Below, piece by piece: positions 58,181-64,000 of a stretch of DNA of 64,000 nucleotides. The stretch spans positions 5,450 to 69,449 of IMG/VR virus record IMGVR_UViG_3300014887_000002; one strand, 5' to 3'. The position numbers and the translations under genes are program-made. The notes below the pieces were generated by a model. That model was not told where the DNA came from. It made no database searches and worked only from the letters and a program-made list of their open reading frames with translations. Position 1 is the first letter of the stretch, and each line of letters opens with the position of its first letter. The stretch comes from a virus.

Positions 58181-59432
58181 CCTCAGACTTTGCTAACATC
58201 TTATACTCAGCCTTCATCTTCTCAAGCTCTTCGTCGCTGAGTGGCGGTAAGCCGAACATAGCCCTAATCTCATTGATTGTGAATGGCTTTGGCTCATTCT
58301 TATAACCCCGAAGTAGATTGCCTAGCCATTTGGCCTTCATTGCCTCATCTTCGTCAGTTACACTTCTAAAGACCACTCGAAGATCCTTAAGGTCTTCGGA
58401 TGAATAGCCATAGCCTTGCAAGAGTGGCTTGAATATTTCACGGACCATAAAGGAGGCTAGCTTAAGCTGGAACGATTTGATCATTCGCTCGTACATAATG
58501 GCCTTCACGTAAGCTGTAGCCTCTGTTGAGCCACGACCGAGCCCTAAGGCCTCCTCAGGGCATAAGAGCCCAACAACCAGCTGTGATTGGAAGTAGTTAA
58601 AGTATTCCTCAACTCCACTAATGCCCTTCTCGTCTATTGAATCTACTTTGACGGTCCAGGGCACTATAATCTCATTCTTTTCGGTGATGTTCTTTAGTTC
58701 TCGCTTAATTTCTTCAAAGACGGTGTCGGGAATAGGCTCTTGGATTTTATCGGAGCCAATAGACACGATATACTTCGGTGTTCCATGTCTGATGATGGCA
58801 TTAGCTATAGCCTTATCCGTCCTGACCTTTCTCTTTAAGGTGTCAATAGAGGGCGTTATGATTGAGATGCCATACGGCGTCTTTGGATCAGGGAAGAATC
58901 GGAAGTGGGCAATATACTTTGGATCGATTAACTCTCCTTCCTTGCCGTTTATGACTTGCCTATAGCCAGTTATTTGGCCATATTTGTCGTATTCGATTTT
59001 CATTGTCATTGGATTGACGACCTTGACGTCAAGTAGTTTTGTTTCTTGCTTGTTGAAGATTCTCTCCATAAAGCCATCGCCGAAAACAAGGCAGTAAATG
59101 ACAGAATCAAGAAGCTTTGTGTCGAGGTCAGTCTCAAGTCGGAATTCTTCAATGATGTCCTTCACTTCTTGGCTCTTACAGACAACATCATAGCCAGACA
59201 TCACAGTATTCCAGGCTGTATAGTTGATAGCGGCAAATATTGTGCTTTCGCCAGTGTAATATTTCCAGAGATTCTCGAGATACTGCTGTGTCCTTTCCGT
59301 CGAAGAGAGGCTAAAGCTGATATCAGCGCTGTCAGTCTTTACAACAGTCCTAGGTCTGCCCTTCTCATCAGTAAAGAAAGAGGGGCGAGGAGCAAATAGC
59401 CGTAGAATTCTATCTCTCAACCTCATCTTCAA
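58164..59432 (-). CDS. portal protein
   Basis: VFGDGFME, VNPMTM, IAHFR...PYGIS, TINEIRAMFGLPPL. Confidence 0.9.
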   Translation of the reverse strand: MKMRLRDRILRLFAPRPSFFTDEKGRPRTVVKTDSADISFSLSSTERTQQYLENLWKYYTGESTIFAAINYTAWNTVMSGYDVVCKSQEVKDIIEEFRLETDLDTKLLDSVIYCLVFGDGFMERIFNKQETKLLDVKVVNPMTMKIEYDKYGQITGYRQVINGKEGELIDPKYIAHFRFFPDPKTPYGISIITPSIDTLKRKVRTDKAIANAIIRHGTPKYIVSIGSDKIQEPIPDTVFEEIKRELKNITEKNEIIVPWTVKVDSIDEKGISGVEEYFNYFQSQLVVGLLCPEEALGLGRGSTEATAYVKAIMYERMIKSFQLKLASFMVREIFKPLLQGYGYSSEDLKDLRVVFRSVTDEDEAMKAKWLGNLLRGYKNEPKPFTINEIRAMFGLPPLSDEELEKMKAEYKMLAKSEDDEDD

Positions 59433-59674
59433 CCGGTTTCTTTCAGGGTAATGTCAATAGTCGAGACATACCTATCGTTGATCTTGTCGCTTCCAAGCTC
59501 GACTGTGACTTTTGGCTTCTTCATATAGCGCTTTACGATCTCCTCCACATCAACTGCTCGCTTGATGTTCCTGCCTCTTGCCGATATCTTTATTTCCTTC
59601 TCCTTCTGCAGGGCAGTCAAACATGCAGTTATATACTTGCTTATGTCTTTTGTTCCAATAAACACCTGCTCCAT
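59429..59674 (-). CDS. albA: Alba DNA/RNA-binding protein
   Basis: VFIGTK...Y, ISARGRNIKRAVDV, VSTIDITL; GGAGGTGAGG RBS. Confidence 0.9.
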   Translation of the reverse strand: MEQVFIGTKDISKYITACLTALQKEKEIKISARGRNIKRAVDVEEIVKRYMKKPKVTVELGSDKINDRYVSTIDITLKETG

Positions 59675-59686
59675 TTCCTCACCTCC

Positions 59687-61057
59687 TTAAATTTTTTGGA
59701 CCTTGATCTCCTTATTAATGGAGATTATGCGGAACATCTCATTGAAGTCATAAGATTGCTCACGTGATGCAGCAATAGCAAATGAGAGGGCATCAACGCA
59801 GTCATCGTATTTGCCTCTTGGGAAGGTGATGAGCTCATCAACTAGCTCCTCAGAGCCCTCATAAGGCAAATAAACTCGAGAGGTCTCGAAGAGGACAGAC
59901 ATCTGTTGAACTCGACTGACTTTGTCTATATTTGATTTAACCGGCTTGATTGGTAGCGTAGTTGATCGCATTAATTCGTCTGTGAAGAGCTTCTGCATAG
60001 CATTAGCCTCAATGCCTATTCGAATTGGCTCCCATTTGGCGGCCATTGCCTTGATGAGATCGAATTGTTTGAAGAGAGTTGCTTTGGTCCTTAGGATGTC
60101 AAGGACATATATGTCTCCATTCTGATCAATCCCAATAGCGATTATGACGAAGAAATCGCCCTTTTCGCCTCCTGCTGACATATCAACGCCAAGATAGCGT
60201 CTGAGGCCTTGCGGAGGCTCATCGTAATAGCGTATCCATTCGTATTTGATGATGGCATCCTCAGTGCTGATGAATTCATTCTGGAATTGCATGGCGAAGA
60301 CAACCCTGCCAATCTGCTCCCTGATCTCACAAAGCTTCTCATAAGGGAATCGCTCCGGCCATAGAACTTTCTTCTTCTCTTCGTCTAGAATTGCCTTGTA
60401 GACTTTAGAGACGTAAGATGGCTTTGACATTAAGAAGCCGTGAATGTCATTTTCATGAAATCTTGTGCCAATATCGATGATCTGACCGTCAGGCAATAGC
60501 ATCGGAAGGAGAATATGCGAATACCAATCCTGAAGCTGGCGCCTGCGATGTTCAGTTCGGCTATTTTCTAAGTCGGTGATATCATCAAGAACTATGAGAT
60601 CGTAATGGCCAGAGATCATTTTGGACTCGACGCCTAAGACTTCCAGCGTCGGTTCCTTATGGGCAACACCACTTAGCCCTTGTCTTTTGACTCTAAGCTG
60701 GCTTTTGGACCACTCGCCTGTGCCTCTCTGCTCACCAAATATCTCGATGAGCTTTTGGTTCTTCTCCAAATGATGCTGAATGAATGACATCATCTCGTTT
60801 GCTTTGTTCTGATTGATGGTGACGATGAGGGCCCGTATGTCAGGATCACGAACAATTCGCCAAATGATGTAGCCACCTACGATGGTTGTCTTACCAAAAC
60901 CACGTGGAGCAAGCAGAACTACGAATTTATGCTTCTCGAATAACTCAATCCATTCCTTATGGAACCACTTGAGCTCTAAGCCTAGAATGTCTTCCATAAA
61001 TTTGACCGGATCATTTGCATAGAGGAGGAGATCTCGATAGGACTTCTGGATCTTCAT
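59687..61057 (-). CDS. terL: terminase large subunit
   Basis: APRGFGKTT Walker A, IVLDD Walker B, GTRFHEND, LGVD nuclease motif, FPRGKYDDCVDA. Confidence 0.95.
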   Translation of the reverse strand: MKIQKSYRDLLLYANDPVKFMEDILGLELKWFHKEWIELFEKHKFVVLLAPRGFGKTTIVGGYIIWRIVRDPDIRALIVTINQNKANEMMSFIQHHLEKNQKLIEIFGEQRGTGEWSKSQLRVKRQGLSGVAHKEPTLEVLGVESKMISGHYDLIVLDDITDLENSRTEHRRRQLQDWYSHILLPMLLPDGQIIDIGTRFHENDIHGFLMSKPSYVSKVYKAILDEEKKKVLWPERFPYEKLCEIREQIGRVVFAMQFQNEFISTEDAIIKYEWIRYYDEPPQGLRRYLGVDMSAGGEKGDFFVIIAIGIDQNGDIYVLDILRTKATLFKQFDLIKAMAAKWEPIRIGIEANAMQKLFTDELMRSTTLPIKPVKSNIDKVSRVQQMSVLFETSRVYLPYEGSEELVDELITFPRGKYDDCVDALSFAIAASREQSYDFNEMFRIISINKEIKVQKI

Positions 61058-61105
61058 ATGGCCTCAGCAGAGCAAGAAAGTCGAGAATACAACAGGCTAA
61101 GACAA

Positions 61106-61312
61106 TTAGTCCTTCCTGTGTTTGAGATAGTTCTGCAATGCAATTAGGATGGAGAGAATAAGGCCTGTGTAGATCGAATACTCTGGCGGGAATTCCGTGA
61201 CCTTCAAGAAGTCGATAGTGTAGGCAATGCCAGAGACTAAGAAGGTGTAAGCCAGGCCTGTCAGGAATTTCTTGAGCGTAATCTTCGGATCAAATCCCTT
61301 CTTAGCCATCAA
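61106..61312 (-). CDS. small two-TM membrane protein (holin-like)
   Basis: Two hydrophobic helices, basic C-terminus NYLKHRKD. Confidence 0.55.
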   Translation of the reverse strand: MMAKKGFDPKITLKKFLTGLAYTFLVSGIAYTIDFLKVTEFPPEYSIYTGLILSILIALQNYLKHRKD

Positions 61313-61877
61313 CCTCTACCTCCAGTATTTTCTTTGAGATGCGTTTCCTACATTCTGGACATAGCTCCTTTGAGAATGACAGCAATAGGTTCTTGATCTT
61401 AATCTCTTTCCGCATATCAATCTGGATGACTGGCTTGAATTGACGCTCAGCATACTGAACGAGAGAGACTAGATTCTTACGGAGCTGCTCGATATTCTGC
61501 CTTTGCTCCCGCAAATACTCGAGAATGTCCTTGACCTCACCTCTTTGCCTCGCTTCCTCAAGCAGTTCGTCGATGATTTTATCACGCTCTTCCATCTTCT
61601 GGATGAGCTCACGCATCTTCTTTCTGAATTCGGCATAGATTTCCTCGACGATCTCTGATTCTGTCTTGCCTGAATCTAGCTGCTCTTGGACCTCCTGTCT
61701 AGCAAGAGCCTCAAAGAATCGGGCAATAGACATGCGAGAGATATTCTTCAGCTCTGGATAACGATCGCCATATTGCTCCGAGATGATCCTCGCAATCTCT
61801 GCGTCGCTCTTGCCCTCGCCCTTCAGCTCCTTGACTAGATCCTGCAGTCCGTATTTCACAATCTTATTCACGTTCAT
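61302..61877 (-). CDS. putative terminase small subunit
   Basis: N-terminal HTH-like (GKSDAEIARII...ISRMSIARF) plus coiled coil; first gene of the operon before TerL. Confidence 0.55.
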   Translation of the reverse strand: MNVNKIVKYGLQDLVKELKGEGKSDAEIARIISEQYGDRYPELKNISRMSIARFFEALARQEVQEQLDSGKTESEIVEEIYAEFRKKMRELIQKMEERDKIIDELLEEARQRGEVKDILEYLREQRQNIEQLRKNLVSLVQYAERQFKPVIQIDMRKEIKIKNLLLSFSKELCPECRKRISKKILEVEVDG

Positions 61878-62026
61878 ATCGCATCAACTCCATTTTCAAG
61901 ACCCACCACCCAGCCAAAGAGCTGGGCCCCGGCCCTAGCTATCGCCACACCCTTCAGTTCACGAGCAAGGCAAGCATAAACACCTTTCTCCATTTATAAT
62001 ATATTGTCGTCATAACTGCACTTCTC

Positions 62027-62043
62027 CTATTTAAAGCTTTCGA
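62027..62043 (-). promoter_or_regulatory. archaeal BRE + TATA promoter of the virion operon
   Basis: Minus strand TCGAAAGCTTTAAATAG, ~150 bp upstream of ORF start 61877. Confidence 0.65.
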
Positions 62044-62328
62044 ATTTGGCTATATGTGGTAAAGACAGCTAGCAATTTCGGCGATATATGCCCATTCAAT
62101 TTTCCGTGCTTGTGCAGCAGAATGACTAAGTCATGAGGCATTTTAAAAAAAATTTAAGATTTGTATATGCTTTTAAGAAAAAGAGGAGAGAAGGTTTAGG
62201 GAAAGATTGTCTTTAAGAGGATGGAGTTTATGCGGTGTAGGTATCCCTGAACCTCAGTTTTGGTATCCCTGTCTATCGGAAGGTTGTTGATCTTGGCATT
62301 TATGGAATCAAGCTCTTTAAGAACGTCC

Positions 62329-62769
62329 TCAATCATTCAGATACCCCTTGAGGATACTAAGCTCATCTTGGTTCTCGGTCTTCTGCTCTTGGTTTTGGAT
62401 TTTTGGTCTTACCTTCTGCCAAAGCTCTTTTGTGATCCATCTATTCCATCCTTCCCTAAGCTCTTTAGCGGTATTTTGAAGGTTGTTTTCCTGTAGGCAT
62501 ATCTCTAGCTGTCTTATGCTCTTTGCGATCTTTCTAAGAGTGCTCTTAAAGAAGACCTTTTGCGTTATGGTCTTTACGGTGTTCAAATATATCTTGGCTA
62601 GCATGCTTTTTGTTGATATGCCTATGTTCGGGTTTTTCACTATTTCTAGAATTCGGTTTATGCTCTTTTCCTTAACTGCGGTGTTCACTATTTCTTGCAA
62701 GATTTTTTCTCGTTCTTTGTCTATCGCTAGCCTTTTCCCATTTAGGGAGTTTTTCCTACTTCTTCCCAC
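62329..62769 (-). CDS. basic hypothetical protein
   Basis: GTG start with GGAGGTGAG RBS, own promoter. Confidence 0.65.
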   Translation of the reverse strand: MGRSRKNSLNGKRLAIDKEREKILQEIVNTAVKEKSINRILEIVKNPNIGISTKSMLAKIYLNTVKTITQKVFFKSTLRKIAKSIRQLEICLQENNLQNTAKELREGWNRWITKELWQKVRPKIQNQEQKTENQDELSILKGYLND

Positions 62770-62796
62770 GCTCTCACCTCCTTTTGGCGTTTATCA

Positions 62797-62865
62797 GGGA
62801 TAAGTTTTCCTTCCCCTTCAGGTAGGGAAGGTATCCTTATCCCTTCATTCGGGATCTTAGATCCC
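62797..62865. other. two stem-loops in the leader of ORF 62329..62769
   Basis: GGGATAAG-N4-CCTTCCC-loop-GGGAAGG-N4-CTTATCCC (62797-62843); GGGATC-TTA-GATCCC (62851-62865). Confidence 0.6.
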
Positions 62866-62885
62866 ACAGGGAGAATAACATGCAA

Positions 62886-62901
62886 ATATAAATACTTTTC
62901 G
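62886..62901 (-). promoter_or_regulatory. archaeal BRE + TATA promoter inside an ATGCAAA/TTTGCAT inverted repeat
   Basis: Minus strand CGAAAAGTATTTATAT, nearly identical to promoter at 2608. Confidence 0.65.
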
Positions 62902-63020
62902 TTTTGCATTTCATTTATTGACGTATTGGGATAATAATCCCATGCATCCTAAGACCTCTTAAAGAGCCTGCTCTTAAAATCCGTCTGACAGACGTCAAAT
63001 TGGATGCCTCTTAAAGATGC

Positions 63021-63140
63021 CCGTAAAGGCGTCTAAGAGCGTTTCTGAGGCGACTTTTGAAGAGGCAAATGGTTTAGGTCTTGTTTCTTTAAAACTCGTC
63101 TCTACGGCGATGTTTGGGGCTTTTAAAGACGAATTTTGGG
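63021..63140 (+). repeat. dispersed ~120-bp element, copy D
   Basis: Colinear with copy A: GTAAAGGC.TCTAA...TTCTGAG.CGA...GCAAATGGT...AAACTCGTCTCTACG. Confidence 0.8.
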
Positions 63141-63392
63141 CATATCCTCGACCTATTATGAGCCTCTTTAAGACCCGCCTCTTGAAATAACCGTGGGCGT
63201 TGGCAAATTGGCGTGTGCGTGGGCTTTTATGAGGATCACTTAGTCTTTTGCCTCATATAAGACTCATATAAGACCAATAGCTGTATCCTTAAGCGATGCT
63301 CCTATCGGTGGTCTTAAGAGGCATTTCTGCACGGAATAACGGAATCAGCCATGTTAGTTATTAGTAAGCCCTGCCTCTTTAATACTCCCGGT

Positions 63393-63408
63393 CGATAGGT
63401 TTATATAC
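63393..63408 (+). promoter_or_regulatory. putative BRE/TATA promoter of the early arm
   Basis: CGATAGGTTTATATAC ~25 bp upstream of ATG 63431. Confidence 0.5.
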
Positions 63409-63430
63409 TTGTGGCGACATACCCTTAGCC

Positions 63431-63607
63431 ATGAGCCAGAAAGAAATAAATAAGAGACCCAGCTCCCTCGGGTCTTTAAAGATAGAGGGAGAGGCTAGTG
63501 AACAAAGATGGAAGAAGCTATATCGAATATGGAAAGAGCAGATCATCCTAACAAGGCTTGATGTTAAAAGCAAGAATGATGCTCCATCAGGAGCAGTAAT
63601 GTTCTAA
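63431..63607 (+). CDS. small hypothetical protein (58 aa)
   Basis: ATG at leaderless distance from TATA; not in ORF track. Confidence 0.45.
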   Translation: MSQKEINKRPSSLGSLKIEGEASEQRWKKLYRIWKEQIILTRLDVKSKNDAPSGAVMF

Positions 63608-63622
63608 AGAGGCGTGATAGAG

Positions 63623-64000
63623 ATGGAGTGGCGACAGATTTATGAAAAACCAGCAGATCATCAGCCCTATTTACAAGCTAAAATCGTAAGAGAGTTCAGG
63701 CGAACAAAATCAAACGGCAAGATCATCTTTAAAATCGGCGGACTAACTACAACGAGCTATTTGAATATCGGCGAACTACCTAAGAGCCTATTCGGTGCTC
63801 CTGAAAAGCGAATATGCCAGTTCTACACCGTGAATGTCTCTAAAAACGAGCAGTATGTTATAAGAAGGTGGAGTGTCCTAAGAGAAGCAAGAAGCAAGAA
63901 ATACCTAATAGACAACTATTTCGCCTCAAGGGTGGTCAAGTTCTACGGCTATTTAAAAGGAGTGCAGTATGAGGCTCTTAGAGAAGCTTTGGGCTATAAA
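63623..64000 (+). CDS. hypothetical protein, 3'-truncated by window edge
   Basis: Open frame MEWRQIYEKP... running to the end of the window. Confidence 0.55.
   Translation, partial: MEWRQIYEKPADHQPYLQAKIVREFRRTKSNGKIIFKIGGLTTTSYLNIGELPKSLFGAPEKRICQFYTVNVSKNEQYVIRRWSVLREARSKKYLIDNYFASRVVKFYGYLKGVQYEALREALGYK

Noticed and set aside
1-64000. CRISPR array, tRNA or rRNA genes
   Set aside because: No regularly spaced direct repeats or cloverleaf-like sequences seen; intergenic gaps are few and otherwise explained. A tRNAscan run would be needed to exclude tRNAs fully.
1-64000. Stop-codon reassignment
   Set aside because: Conserved genes are full length in the standard code and TAA, TAG and TGA all terminate genes.
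1-64000. Provirus boundaries or integrase
   Set aside because: No recombinase, att-like repeat or host housekeeping flank; both window ends lie within + strand early-type genes.

Overview
This window is most of the genome of a tailed archaeal virus (Caudoviricetes, probably siphovirus-like, as no sheath gene was seen). The host is inferred to be archaeal from BRE/TATA promoters, GGAGGTGA-type RBSs, Alba, RadA-, XPF- and AEP-type genes, and probably anaerobic from NrdD. The + arm (1-25351, resuming at about 63430) holds small early genes, a replication/recombination block (DHH, SWIM-RadA, ERCC4, exonuclease, primase, a divergent PolB) and a metabolic block (4 glycosyltransferases, CysD, sulfatase-fold protein, NrdD, AdoMetDC, radical SAM). 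The - arm (62769-25343) is the virion operon from terminase to tail/receptor proteins. Best leads: (1) a cassette in the tail module with two radical SAM/SPASM enzymes and two leader-plus-tetrapeptide-repeat proteins, a RiPP-like system that may modify virion proteins; (2) a DNA end-healing/sealing gene set (HIT-like, MBL-ASCH-ligase, LigD-type phosphoesterase, nucleotidyltransferase fused to the prohead protease) inside the head module; (3) a +1 frameshift at UCC-UUU-CGU in the tail chaperone; (4) four dispersed ~120-bp quasi-palindromic non-coding elements. All family assignments come from reading motifs by eye; no searches were run.
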